A DNA stretch of 64,000 nt, from contig OZ251529.1 of the NCBI GenBank assembly GCA_965243125.1, positions 2,452,312 to 2,516,311 on the forward strand, given 5' to 3'. The notes beneath the pieces were generated by a model. It was not told the origin of the DNA, made no database searches, and was given only the letters and a program-made list of their open reading frames with translations. Positions 8,459-18,004 of the stretch are shown here, in pieces (the stretch's first letter is position 1; each line of letters starts with the position of its first letter). Source of the DNA: Dehalococcoidia bacterium (GTDB lineage: Bacteria; Chloroflexota; Dehalococcoidia; Bin125). The position numbers were made by a program, and so were the translations under genes.

Positions 8459-9565
8459 ATGGCCTGGACGGGCCGCGAAGGCCCCGATACCCGCGACCGC
8501 TTCGGCGACGACGAACTGCGCGGCTTCACGGCCGCCGTGCTCGAGCACTACGGAATGCCGGCCGAGGATGCGGCGCTCGGCGCGGAGGTGCTGGTCGACG
8601 CCGACCTCTGCGGGATCGACTCGCACGGCATCGCGCACCTGCCCTGGCACATCGGCTACGCGCCGGGCTTCGAGTCGGGCGCGGTCAATCCGACGCCTGA
8701 GGTGAAGACGCTGCGCGAGACGCCGGTTTCGGCCGCCTGGGACGCCGACGGCGGCTTCGGCCCGATGGTCTCGCAAAAGGCGATGGCGACGGCGATCCGC
8801 AAAGCGGAGGCGTCGGGCATCGGGATGGTGACGGTCGCCAACGGTCGGCATTTCGGCGCGGCCGGCTACTACGCGGAGATGGCGGTAGAGCGCGATCTGA
8901 TCGGGATGGCGATGTGCAACGCGCCGCCGATCGGCCTCGCCTCGGGCGGGCGCGAGAAGGTCTACGGCACAAATCCGATCGCGATGGCCGCGCCGATCGA
9001 GGACGGCACGCCGTTCCGCCTTGATGTGGCGACGACCGCGGTGGCGGGCGGCAAGCTGGAGATCGCGGGGCGGCAGGGCAAGCCGCTGCCCGAGGGTTGG
9101 GCGCTGAACGCCGACGGCGTACACACGGATGATCCGTTCATCCTGCGCAAGGGCGGCGGGCTGCTGCCGCTCGGCTCCTCGGTCGTGACCAGCTCGCACA
9201 AGGGCTACGGGCTGGGGCTGATGGTCGACATCTTCACCGGCGTGCTCTCCGGCGACGGCTCGGGCATGTTCGTCCCGCGCGGGCAGAATCTGGTGCAGGG
9301 GCAGTGGTTCGCGGCCTGGCGAATCGACCTGTTCTGCGAGCCGTCGCACTTCAAGTCGGAGCTGCGTAAGCTTGCCGAGGCGGTGCGCGCGGTGCCGCCC
9401 GTGGACGAGGTGGCGCGCGTGGTGATCCCCGGCGACCCCGAGGCGATGGCCCGCGCCGACCGCAGCGCCAACGGCGTGCCGCTGGACGACGAAACCATCG
9501 AGCAACTGATCGCCCTGGGCGAAAAGATCGGCGTGCCGTTTCCGGCATCCCTGGGAAGCGGCTGA
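8459..9565 (+). CDS. Malate/L-lactate dehydrogenase family 2 (Ldh_2) oxidoreductase
   Basis: MAWTGREG...LCGIDSHGIAHLPWHIGY...GSSVVTSSHKGYGLGLMVDIFTGVLSG are conserved blocks of the Ldh_2 family. The start is 3 nt after the aldolase stop. Confidence 0.8.
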   Translation: MAWTGREGPDTRDRFGDDELRGFTAAVLEHYGMPAEDAALGAEVLVDADLCGIDSHGIAHLPWHIGYAPGFESGAVNPTPEVKTLRETPVSAAWDADGGFGPMVSQKAMATAIRKAEASGIGMVTVANGRHFGAAGYYAEMAVERDLIGMAMCNAPPIGLASGGREKVYGTNPIAMAAPIEDGTPFRLDVATTAVAGGKLEIAGRQGKPLPEGWALNADGVHTDDPFILRKGGGLLPLGSSVVTSSHKGYGLGLMVDIFTGVLSGDGSGMFVPRGQNLVQGQWFAAWRIDLFCEPSHFKSELRKLAEAVRAVPPVDEVARVVIPGDPEAMARADRSANGVPLDDETIEQLIALGEKIGVPFPASLGSG

Positions 9566-9567
9566 CG

Positions 9568-10074
9568 ATGACCACCGACGTCAAGACGGACATTAAGGCC
9601 GATCGGGACGCGCTGATCGAGACGATCATCAACGGCTACGGCCGCGCGGCGGGCATGTTCGACCCCAACCGCCTGGAGGTTTGGGAAGAGCTGGGGCTGA
9701 CGATGTCGCAGCTGCGGGTGCTGTTCATGCTGATCGCCATTCCCGGCGCGCCCGCCGGACTGGTGGCCGAGACGCTGAAGGTGCGCCCCTCCACGGCAAC
9801 CGGCGTCGTCGATCGGCTGGTCAAACAGGATCTGGTCACGCGGCACCGCGACGAGGACGACCGGCGGCGCGTGCGCGTCTATCTCACCGAGCGCGGGCGG
9901 GCAGTGACGCTCGACATCGAGGCGCGCCGCAACCGGCTGATCATGCGCAAGCTGTTCAGCAGCTTCTCGGAAGAGGAGCTGGAGGGCATCGGCACGGCCT
10001 TCAAGCTGATTGTGCGGGAGGGGGAGCGGCAGGGTCTGCTGGCGCAGTGGCCGCCGGACCCGGAGGTGATGTAG
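9568..10074 (+). CDS. MarR-family transcriptional regulator
   Basis: 168 aa with a winged-helix block (LTMSQLRVLFMLIA...VAETLKVRPSTATGVVDRLVKQDLVTRHRDEDDRRRVRVYLTERG). Confidence 0.8.
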   Translation: MTTDVKTDIKADRDALIETIINGYGRAAGMFDPNRLEVWEELGLTMSQLRVLFMLIAIPGAPAGLVAETLKVRPSTATGVVDRLVKQDLVTRHRDEDDRRRVRVYLTERGRAVTLDIEARRNRLIMRKLFSSFSEEELEGIGTAFKLIVREGERQGLLAQWPPDPEVM

Positions 10075-12009
10075 ATGGAGCGCCGCCCGCCCGCCGCGAA
10101 CGGCGCAGCGCCCCCCACAACGCCTCGAGGCGGTCCGCCGCCGGGCGGGGGACCGGGCGCACCAGGCGGGCCGCCGGGCGGATCGGGCGGCGGACCGCCG
10201 CCGATGATGGAAGTGCCGCCGGGGCTGACCCTGCCCACGCGGCGCAAGATCATCATCATGCTCAGCGTGATGGTGGCGCTCTTTCTGGCGGCGCTCGATC
10301 AAACCATTTGGAGCGTGGCCGCGCCGCAGGCCGTGGGCGACCTGGGGCGGCTCGACCTCTTCGCCTGGCCGCAGACCACCTACCTGCTCGGCTCGACCGT
10401 GCTGGTGCCGATCATCGGCAAGCTCTCGGACCTGTTCGGGCGTAAGCCGTTTCTGATCGCCGGGATTGCGATCTTCATCGCCGCCTCGCTGCTCTGCGGG
10501 CTGGCCGGCAGCATGTGGGAGCTGATCGGCTTCCGTCTGCTCCAGGGCTTCGGCGCGGCCTTCATTCTGGCCAACGCCTTCACCGTGATGGGCGACTACT
10601 TCGCGCCCGCCGAGCGCCCCCGCTGGGCGGGGATCGTGGCCGGCGTCTTCGCCCTCTCCAGCATCATCGGCCCGCTCGTCGGCGGCGTGCTGACCGACGA
10701 GCTGTCCTGGCGCTGGGTCTTCTACATCAATCTGCCGGTCGGCGGCCTGGCGCTGCTGCTCACGATCCTGCTGGTGCCCTGGTACCGCGGACAGCGGCGC
10801 GAGCCGATCGACTGGTCCGGCGCGACGCTGCTGATCGCGGGCGGCACGGCGCTGCTGCTCGCGTTCTCGCTCGGCGGCACGCAGTTCGGCTGGGCCGACT
10901 CACCGGTGATCACCAGCTTCATCGTCGCCTTCGCGGCGACCGCGCTGTTCCTCTGGATCGGGCGGCGCAAGGGCCTGCAGGGCATCATGCCGCTGCCGAT
11001 GTTCCGCAACCGCGTCTACCTGCTCGCCACGATCGTGATGTTCGCCGTCGGCATCGGGATGATGGGCACGATGTTCGCGCTGCCGTTCTTCCTGCAGGGC
11101 GCGCAGGGTATCTCGGCGACCAACTCCGGCCTGGTCACCCTGCCGACCAGCGTCGGGATCGTCTTCGCCTCAATCGTCTGCGGCCAGATCATGGCGCGCA
11201 CGGGCAGCTACAAGCCGCTGGCGGTGATCGGCGGCCTCGGCACCGTTGCCGCGCTCTTCCTGCTCTCGCGGCTCAACGTCGACACCGACCTCAACTGGAC
11301 GCGGCTCTACATGCTGCTGATGGGCGCGTCGATGGGCACGCTGATGCCGCTCTACACGCTGCTGATCCAGAACTCGCTCTCCTTCCAGCTGCTCGGCGCG
11401 GGCACCGCGGCCAACCAGTTCTTCCGCCAGATCGGCGCGGCGGTCGGGACGGCGATTTTCGGCGCGCTGATCTTCAGCGGCTTCAGCGCCAACCTGACGA
11501 ATGCGTTCCCCACGGGCTTCGAGCAGCTCAAGGAGCAACCGGCCTCGCTGCTCGAACCGGAGCACCTGGCGGCGCTGACGCAGGCGATCGAGGCGCAGGC
11601 GCCGGGACAGGCGGCGGCGGTGATCGCCACCGCCCGCGAGTCGCTGGCCGGGCCGGTGACCGACGTCTTCCTCTACGCCAGCATCGTGATGCTCACCGCG
11701 ATCGTCGTAGCCGTGCTGCTGCCCAAAGTGCGCTTCCGCACGCAAGAGGAGATGCTGGCCGATATGCGCCGAATGCGGGAGCGCGCAGGCGGACCGCCGC
11801 CGGGCGGACCGCCGCGCGAGGGGATGGCTCCGCCGGGTGCCGCCCCGGCCGGGGCTCCGATCGGTCCGCCCGTCGGCGCGGGCGCGCCGGCCGTGAGACC
11901 TGGCATAGTGGGCAGCGCGAGCAACGGCGGCGCTGCGCCGGCCGGGGCGACAATGGGGCTGGTCGCGTCGTGGGCGCGACAGGCGTCGGCGCGCGGCGTC
12001 CGGCGATAA
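10075..12009 (+). CDS. MFS transporter (DHA2-like, about 14 TM) with Pro/Gly-rich N- and C-terminal extensions
   Basis: The ATG directly follows the marR stop. The core is typical MFS (GKLSDLFGRKPF motif A). It is flanked by 'GGPPPGGGPGAPGGPPGG' low-complexity tails; the true start may be an internal Met (about 10204). Confidence 0.75.
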   Translation: MERRPPAANGAAPPTTPRGGPPPGGGPGAPGGPPGGSGGGPPPMMEVPPGLTLPTRRKIIIMLSVMVALFLAALDQTIWSVAAPQAVGDLGRLDLFAWPQTTYLLGSTVLVPIIGKLSDLFGRKPFLIAGIAIFIAASLLCGLAGSMWELIGFRLLQGFGAAFILANAFTVMGDYFAPAERPRWAGIVAGVFALSSIIGPLVGGVLTDELSWRWVFYINLPVGGLALLLTILLVPWYRGQRREPIDWSGATLLIAGGTALLLAFSLGGTQFGWADSPVITSFIVAFAATALFLWIGRRKGLQGIMPLPMFRNRVYLLATIVMFAVGIGMMGTMFALPFFLQGAQGISATNSGLVTLPTSVGIVFASIVCGQIMARTGSYKPLAVIGGLGTVAALFLLSRLNVDTDLNWTRLYMLLMGASMGTLMPLYTLLIQNSLSFQLLGAGTAANQFFRQIGAAVGTAIFGALIFSGFSANLTNAFPTGFEQLKEQPASLLEPEHLAALTQAIEAQAPGQAAAVIATARESLAGPVTDVFLYASIVMLTAIVVAVLLPKVRFRTQEEMLADMRRMRERAGGPPPGGPPREGMAPPGAAPAGAPIGPPVGAGAPAVRPGIVGSASNGGAAPAGATMGLVASWARQASARGVRR

Positions 12010-12048
12010 ACGAGTAGGCTACGCACACAACACAGGGCGGGAGCGACG

Positions 12049-12666
12049 ATGGCTGCGCCGATTTCTGGGAGCAACGGGCTGCGCACGATGGGCGAGAGCG
12101 CCGCGTCGCAGGCGGAGGCGGCGGAACGGGCGACCAGCTCGGTGCTGGCGCTGGACGGCTGGGGGCGGCTCGATCCGCCGCCGCCGGTGAACGGCTCGGC
12201 CGCGATTGAGGCGGAGGCGGAAACGCCGGAGGCGGTGGAGGTGTCCGAACCGGCAGCACCGGAGATCGCGCCCGAATTAGAGCCCGAGGCGGAGGTGGAC
12301 GAGCAGGACTGGAGGGCGATTGAGGAAGCTGAGGAGATCACTGCGCCGCAGCAACCTGTGAGCGAGCGCACCACCGCGCCGATGCTGCGGCTGTTCGGGC
12401 CGGCGCTGGTGTTCGGTCTGGCGGTCGGCGCGGCGGTGGGGGCCGGTCTGCGCTGGTGGGAGCTGCGCAACGCGCCGCCCGCTCCGCCGCCGCCCGCCGA
12501 TCCGGTCAGCCGCCTGCGGCGTCGGCTGGATCAGTTACAGCACGAGCGGGCGACGGAGATCGCAGAGGTTCGGCGTCGGTTGGAGAGGTTGGGGGTGGTG
12601 AAGCCTGTACCGGCGCGGCGTTCCAGGGCGGCGGAGCTGCGGGAGTGGTTGGGGCTGGTTGGGTAG
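12049..12666 (+). CDS. Hypothetical membrane-anchored protein (acidic/Pro-rich N-terminus, 1 TM, coiled-coil C-terminus)
   Basis: ORF with a single hydrophobic helix (LFGPALVFGLAVGAAVGAGL). No family recognised. Confidence 0.35.
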   Translation: MAAPISGSNGLRTMGESAASQAEAAERATSSVLALDGWGRLDPPPPVNGSAAIEAEAETPEAVEVSEPAAPEIAPELEPEAEVDEQDWRAIEEAEEITAPQQPVSERTTAPMLRLFGPALVFGLAVGAAVGAGLRWWELRNAPPAPPPPADPVSRLRRRLDQLQHERATEIAEVRRRLERLGVVKPVPARRSRAAELREWLGLVG

Positions 12667-12689
12667 GTCGCTTGCGGCGATGCCCCCCT

Positions 12690-13010
12690 CTCAATCTCCC
12701 CCCGCGACGGGGGGAGAGGCCGGAATTTGCCCCCTACGCGGGGCAGGGCGGTCTCTGTGCTGTGCGCGGTGCGCCGAGCCGACCCCCCAGTCCGCTACGC
12801 GGACAGCCCCCCTGCATAGGGGGGCGACTTTCAGAGCGGACAGCCCCCTGCATAGGGGGGCGACTTTCAGAGCGGACAGCCCCCTGCATAGGGGGGCGAC
12901 TTTCAGAGCGGACAGCCCCCTGCATAGGGGGGCGACTTTCAGAGCGGAAAGCCCCCTGCGTAGGGGCGATTTTCAGAGCGACGGCCCTGTGTGTAGGGGG
13001 TGATTCCGAA
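12690..13010. repeat. REP/MITE-like element cluster (family A) including about 4.5 tandem copies of a ~31-bp unit
   Basis: 'ccgaccccccagtccgctacgcggacagcccccctgcataggggggcgactttcagagc' followed by the repeated 'ggacagccccctgcataggggggcgactttcagagc'. Each unit carries a stem-loop (cccccc-tgcata-gggggg). Confidence 0.8.
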
Positions 13011-13026
13011 GTGGTGGATTGCGGCG

Positions 13027-16000
13027 CTACTCGGTGCCGGCGACGGCGCGGGCTTCGGCTTCGGCGCGCTCGCGGAGGACGCGGCGGTATTCGCGCGGGA
13101 CCACTTTGACGAATTGGGGGAGCACGACATCCCAGCGGCTGAGCAGGTCGGCGGCGCGGGGGCTGGCGGTGCGCTCGTGGTGGGTTTCGACCAGCTCGTG
13201 CAGCTGGGCCTGATCGCGGCGGCTGCCGACGGGTTCGAGATCGACCATTGAGTGGTTGACGCGGGCGGCGAATGAGCCGTCTTCATCAAGCACGAAGGCG
13301 GTGCCGCCGCTCATGCCGGCGGCGAAGTTGCGGCCGGTGGAGCCGAGCACGACGACGGTGCCGCCGGTCATGTATTCGCAGCCGTGGTCGCCGACGCCTT
13401 CAACGACGGCGCGCGCGCCGGAGTTGCGCACGGCGAAGCGCTCGCCGGCGCGTCCCGCCACCCAGAGCGTGCCGCCGGTCGCACCGTAGAGCACGGTATT
13501 GCCGACGAGCACGGCGTCCTTGCCGTCGAAGCCGGCGTGCTCGGCGGGCGAGACGGCGATCATTCCGCCGCCCATGCCCTTGCCCACGTAGTCGTTGGCT
13601 TCGCCGCGCAGGTAGAGGCGCAAGCCGCGCACGAGGAACGCGCCGAACGACTGGCCGGCGGAGCCGTCGAAGTAGAGCTCGATGGTGCCGCGCGGCAGGC
13701 CGGAATCGCCGTAGCGCCCCGCGATCTTGCCGGAGATGCGCGCCCCGACGGTGCGGTGAATGTTGTCGATCGGGTAGCGAGCGGTGAAATACTCGCCCGA
13801 CTCGATGTGCGGCTCGAGCCGTTCCAGGATCTGGTCGTCCAGCCGCACATCCTCAATGCGGTCGTTGCGCTCCTGGGTGCGAATGCGGGGGTAGGCGGGG
13901 TCGGCCTCGATCGGGGCCAGCAGGCGGCTGAGGTCGACGCTGCGGGCGCGCTCGCCGCTGCGCGGCGGGATCTGCTTGAGCAGCTCGGTGCGGCCGACGA
14001 TCTCCTGGAGACTCTCGTAGCCGAGTTCAGCGAGGATGGTGCGGACCTCCTCGCTGACATGGAGCAGGAAGTCGATCAGCATTTCGGGCTTGCCGAAGTA
14101 CTTGGAGCGCAGGTCTTCGCGCTGGGTGGCGACGCCGACGGGGCAGGTGTTGAGGTGGCACTGGCGGGCCATCTTGCAGCCCAGCGCGACCAGCGCGGAA
14201 GTGCCGAAGCCGTAGCCCTCCGCGCCGAGCAGGGCGGCGACAACCACATCGCGCCCGGTGTGGAAGCCGCCGTCGGTGCGCAGCAGGATGCGCCCGCGCA
14301 GGCCGTTGACGACCAGCGCTTCGTGCGCTTCCTTGACGCCCAGCTCCCAGGGCGCGCCGGCGTACTTGACCGACGAAAGCGGCGACGCGCCGGTGCCGCC
14401 GTCGGCTCCGGAGATGTGGACGATATCGGCGTAGGCCTTGGCTACGCCGGTGGCGATCGTACCGACGCCCTCGCAGGCGACCAGCTTCACGCAGACGCGC
14501 GCCTTGGGGTTGGCGATTTTGAGGTCGTAGATCAGCTGCGAGAGGTCTTCGATGGAGTAGATGTCGTGGTGCGGCGGGGGCGAGATCAGCTCGACGCCAG
14601 GCGTGGAGTGGCGCAGCATGGCGATGTAGTTGGTCACTTTGTGGCCGGGCAGCTGGCCGCCCTCGCCGGGCTTGGAGCCCTGGGCGATCTTGATCTCGAT
14701 CTCGCCGGCGCTGTTGAGGTAGCCGGGCGTGACGCCGAAGCGGCCGGAGGCGATCTGCTTGATCTGCGAGTTGGCCTCGTGGCGGTCGCCGTCGGCCAGG
14801 AAACGGCGCGGGTCTTCACCGCCCTCGCCGGTGTTGGAGCGTCCGCCGAGCCGGTTCATGGCGACGGCGATGTCCTCGTGCGCTTCGGGGCTGAGCGCAC
14901 CGAGCGACATTGCGCCGGTGCTGAAGCGGTTGATGATCTCCTCGTTGGACTCGACCTGGTCAACCGGAATGGCGGCGCGGTCGGAGCGGAAGTCGAGCAG
15001 GTCGCGGAGCGCGGTGGGCCGGCGGTCGTTGACCATCTGCGAGAACTGGTTGTAGGACTCCGCGCCTTCCTCCTTGGTGCTCTGAACGGCGCGGTGGAGC
15101 AAGCGCCAGATCGGCGGTTCGTTGGCGTGGTAGTCGCCGTCGCGCCGGTAGCGGTACCAGCCGCCGGCGTCGAGGTGGTCGGTGGGGAAGGCGTGGGAGT
15201 GCCGTTCGAGCGCGTCGGCGGCGATTTCGGCGTAGCCGATGCCGCCGATCCGCGAAGTGGTGCCGTGGAAGGAGCGCTCGACGAGTTCCTCATCGATGCC
15301 GAGCGCCTCATAAATCTGCCCGCCGAGGTAGGAGGAGACGGAGGCGATGCCCATCTTGGACATGATCTTGAGCACACCGGCGTCGAGCGCGCTGAGGTAG
15401 CGGTCGATGACCTCGTTGAGGCTCATCTCCTCGAGCTCGCCCTCGGCGTGCAGGCCGGCGAGGCTCTGGAATGCCAGCCAGGGGTGGACGGCGTTCGCGC
15501 CGAAGCCGATCAGGCAAGAGACCTGATGCACGTCGCGGGCGTCGCCGCAGCTGGCGATGATGCTCGCGTCGAGCCGGCGGCCGTTCTGGATCAGGTGGTG
15601 GTGGACGGTGGCGACGGCGAGCAGCATCGGGATCGGCGCGCGCGCGGCGCTGACCGCTTCGTCGGACAGAATCAGCACGCTGTAGCCGTCCCCGATGGCG
15701 TTATCGACGTGGTCGCAGAGCGCGTTGAGCGCGGGTTCGAGGCCGGCCTCGCCGTCGGCGGCGGCGAACGTGGCGTCGAGCGTGGTGGCGGAGAAACCGG
15801 GCAGGCGGAATTCGCGGATCGCGGCGAGGTCGTCTTCGAGCAGGATCGGCGAGGAGAGATGGACGAGTTGGGCGGCTTCGGGCGCTTCTTCGAGCAGCGA
15901 GTGGCGGCGTCCGAGCCAGGTGTCGAGCGACATCACGTTGCGCTCGCGGATCGAGTCGATCGGCGGGTTGGTGACCTGGGCGAACTTCTGGCGGAAGTAG

Positions 16001-17571
16001 GTGTAGAGCAGGCGCGGGGCGTCGTTGAGCACCGAGAGCGGGGTGTCGTCGCCCATCGAGCCGACGGGCTCCTTGCCGAAGCGGGCCATCGGCTTGAGCA
16101 CGTACTCGAGCTCTTCCTTGCTGTAGCCGTGCAGGATTTCGCGTTCGAGCAGTTCGCCTTCGCCGAGTTGGGGCTGGCGCGCGCCTTCGAGCTGGACGCT
16201 GCGCTGGATGCGCCCCATGCGCTGCCGCACCCAGCGCGCGTAGGGCTGCTGGTTGGCCACGCGCCGCTTGATTTCGTCGTTGTGGATCAGCTCGTGGCGC
16301 TCCACATCAACGGCGACCATCTGGCCGGGGCCGAGCCGCCCGGATTCGATGATCGAGGCGGGATCGAGGTCGATCAGGCCGACTTCGGAGCCCATCACGA
16401 CCAGGCCGTCGCGGGTGACCTGGTAGCGGGCAGGGCGGAGGCCGTTGCGGTCCATGGCCGCGCCGATGAAGCGTCCGTCGGTGAAGGCGATCGCGGCGGG
16501 GCCGTCCCAGGGTTCGGTCAGGCAGGCGTGGTACTCGTAGAAGCCGCGCAGACGGGGGTCGATGTCCTCCATTTGCTCCCAGGCTTCGGGCACGAGCATC
16601 ATCATCGCGTGCAGCGCGCTGCGCCCGGAGGCGATCAGCAGGTCGAGCGCTTCGTCAAAGGCGAGCGAGTCGGAGCCGCCTTCGCTGATCACCGGGTGGA
16701 GTTCGGAGACGGCTTCGCCCCAGACGTCGGACTGGAGCGAGGGGCCGCGCGCGAACATCCAGTTGCGGTTGCCGAGCAGGGTGTTGATCTCGCCGTTATG
16801 CGCGATGGCGCGGAAGGGCTGGGCGATGCGCCAGTTGGGCAGCGTGTTGGTGGCGTAGCGCTGGTGGAAGAGCGCCAGCGAGGAGGTGGTGCGGGGGTTG
16901 GTCAGGTCGGGGTAGAAGTGCTCGAGCTGGGTGGCGACCATCAGCCCCTTGTAGACGACGGTGCGGGAGGAGAGCGAGACGATATAGGTCTCGGCCACGG
17001 GATCGGCGGGGTCGCGCTCGGCGAGGGCGCGGATTTCGGTCTCGGCGCGGCGGCGGGCGAGGTAAAGCAGGCGCTCGAAATCGGCGTCGTCGAGCTGGCG
17101 TGGGTGGTGGATCAGGATCTGCTCGATGCGGGGCAGCCCGCGCAGGGCGGCTTCGCCGAGCACCTCGGGGTTGGTGTCGACTTCGCGCCAGCCGGCGACG
17201 GGCAGGTTGGTGCGCTGCATGGCGGCGTCGATGATCGCGCGGGCGCGGGCGGCGTCCTCAGTGGGCAGGAAGACCATGCCGAGCGCGAGCCGGCCGGCCT
17301 CCGCGTCGGCCAGGGTGCAGCCGAGTCGATCGAGGTCGTCGAGGTAGGCGTCCCAGGGGATTTCGATGGTCACGCCCGCGCCGTCGCCGGTGTGAGGGTC
17401 GGCGTTGACGGCGCCGCGATGGGTGAGGCTGACCACGCCCATGACGGCCTGCCGGACGAGCTCGTGGGTGCGGACGCCGTCGATCCGAGCGATAAAGCCG
17501 GTGCCGCAGGCGTCGCGGAAGCTCTGCGGGTCGTAGAGGCCGGGCTGAGAGGGTTGCGGGGAAGTGGTCAT
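13027..17571 (-). CDS. gltB: Glutamate synthase large subunit
   Basis: 1514 aa. N-terminal amidotransferase 'CGTGFIA', central FMN/Fe-S domain and C-terminal GXGXG domain, all colinear with GltB. Confidence 0.95.
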   Translation of the reverse strand: MTTSPQPSQPGLYDPQSFRDACGTGFIARIDGVRTHELVRQAVMGVVSLTHRGAVNADPHTGDGAGVTIEIPWDAYLDDLDRLGCTLADAEAGRLALGMVFLPTEDAARARAIIDAAMQRTNLPVAGWREVDTNPEVLGEAALRGLPRIEQILIHHPRQLDDADFERLLYLARRRAETEIRALAERDPADPVAETYIVSLSSRTVVYKGLMVATQLEHFYPDLTNPRTTSSLALFHQRYATNTLPNWRIAQPFRAIAHNGEINTLLGNRNWMFARGPSLQSDVWGEAVSELHPVISEGGSDSLAFDEALDLLIASGRSALHAMMMLVPEAWEQMEDIDPRLRGFYEYHACLTEPWDGPAAIAFTDGRFIGAAMDRNGLRPARYQVTRDGLVVMGSEVGLIDLDPASIIESGRLGPGQMVAVDVERHELIHNDEIKRRVANQQPYARWVRQRMGRIQRSVQLEGARQPQLGEGELLEREILHGYSKEELEYVLKPMARFGKEPVGSMGDDTPLSVLNDAPRLLYTYFRQKFAQVTNPPIDSIRERNVMSLDTWLGRRHSLLEEAPEAAQLVHLSSPILLEDDLAAIREFRLPGFSATTLDATFAAADGEAGLEPALNALCDHVDNAIGDGYSVLILSDEAVSAARAPIPMLLAVATVHHHLIQNGRRLDASIIASCGDARDVHQVSCLIGFGANAVHPWLAFQSLAGLHAEGELEEMSLNEVIDRYLSALDAGVLKIMSKMGIASVSSYLGGQIYEALGIDEELVERSFHGTTSRIGGIGYAEIAADALERHSHAFPTDHLDAGGWYRYRRDGDYHANEPPIWRLLHRAVQSTKEEGAESYNQFSQMVNDRRPTALRDLLDFRSDRAAIPVDQVESNEEIINRFSTGAMSLGALSPEAHEDIAVAMNRLGGRSNTGEGGEDPRRFLADGDRHEANSQIKQIASGRFGVTPGYLNSAGEIEIKIAQGSKPGEGGQLPGHKVTNYIAMLRHSTPGVELISPPPHHDIYSIEDLSQLIYDLKIANPKARVCVKLVACEGVGTIATGVAKAYADIVHISGADGGTGASPLSSVKYAGAPWELGVKEAHEALVVNGLRGRILLRTDGGFHTGRDVVVAALLGAEGYGFGTSALVALGCKMARQCHLNTCPVGVATQREDLRSKYFGKPEMLIDFLLHVSEEVRTILAELGYESLQEIVGRTELLKQIPPRSGERARSVDLSRLLAPIEADPAYPRIRTQERNDRIEDVRLDDQILERLEPHIESGEYFTARYPIDNIHRTVGARISGKIAGRYGDSGLPRGTIELYFDGSAGQSFGAFLVRGLRLYLRGEANDYVGKGMGGGMIAVSPAEHAGFDGKDAVLVGNTVLYGATGGTLWVAGRAGERFAVRNSGARAVVEGVGDHGCEYMTGGTVVVLGSTGRNFAAGMSGGTAFVLDEDGSFAARVNHSMVDLEPVGSRRDQAQLHELVETHHERTASPRAADLLSRWDVVLPQFVKVVPREYRRVLRERAEAEARAVAGTE

Positions 17572-17779
17572 ACGCTGTCGCAGCGGCGTGTCGGCTTAGC
17601 TGTTGGGGTCCGCTGGGGAGGCTGTGGCCTCAAGGCGGTCAATGACCGCCGATGCTCCAGACGGAGTGGGCGTGAACGGCGGCGCGGCCGAGATGCGATG
17701 CGCCGCAGGCGCGCATCGCGCGCCGGCACTTTGTGAAAGTTGGCACGCGCTGTCGCCACAGAGTAGCACCTGCGCTGCG

Positions 17780-18000
17780 GGCGGGGAATCTTCCCTCTAC
17801 GCAGGAGCTGTCAGCGTTTCCAATCGCCCCCCTACGCAGGGGGCTGTCGCGTAGCGACTGGGGGTCGGCGCGGCGTACCGAGCACAGCACAGGCCCCGTC
17901 CCGACCCCCCCGCCGCTAGAAGCGGCGGCCCCCCTGCGTAGGGGGGCGATTCCGGAGGGGACGATTCCGGAGGGGGCGATTCGGAGGGGGTGATTGGGGA
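17780..18000. repeat. REP/MITE-like element (family A)
   Basis: Inverse orientation: 'ctgtcgcgtagcgactgggggtcggc...cccctgcgtaggggggcgattccggag' with direct 'ggcgattcc' sub-repeats. Confidence 0.8.
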
Positions 18001-18004
18001 GGGG

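Noticed and set aside
12790-12960. Possible CRISPR array (31-bp repeats 'ggacagccccctgcataggggggcgactttcagagc'); the same question arises at 55300-55440
   Set aside because: The repeat units are directly abutting with no unique spacers and no cas genes nearby. They are tandem expansions of the REP-like hairpin element.
13384-17736. 1450-aa ORF on the plus strand
   Set aside because: It is antisense to gltB. Its translation is Gly/Ala/Arg/Asp-rich low complexity, typical of GC-rich antisense frames, while the gltB frame carries all conserved motifs.
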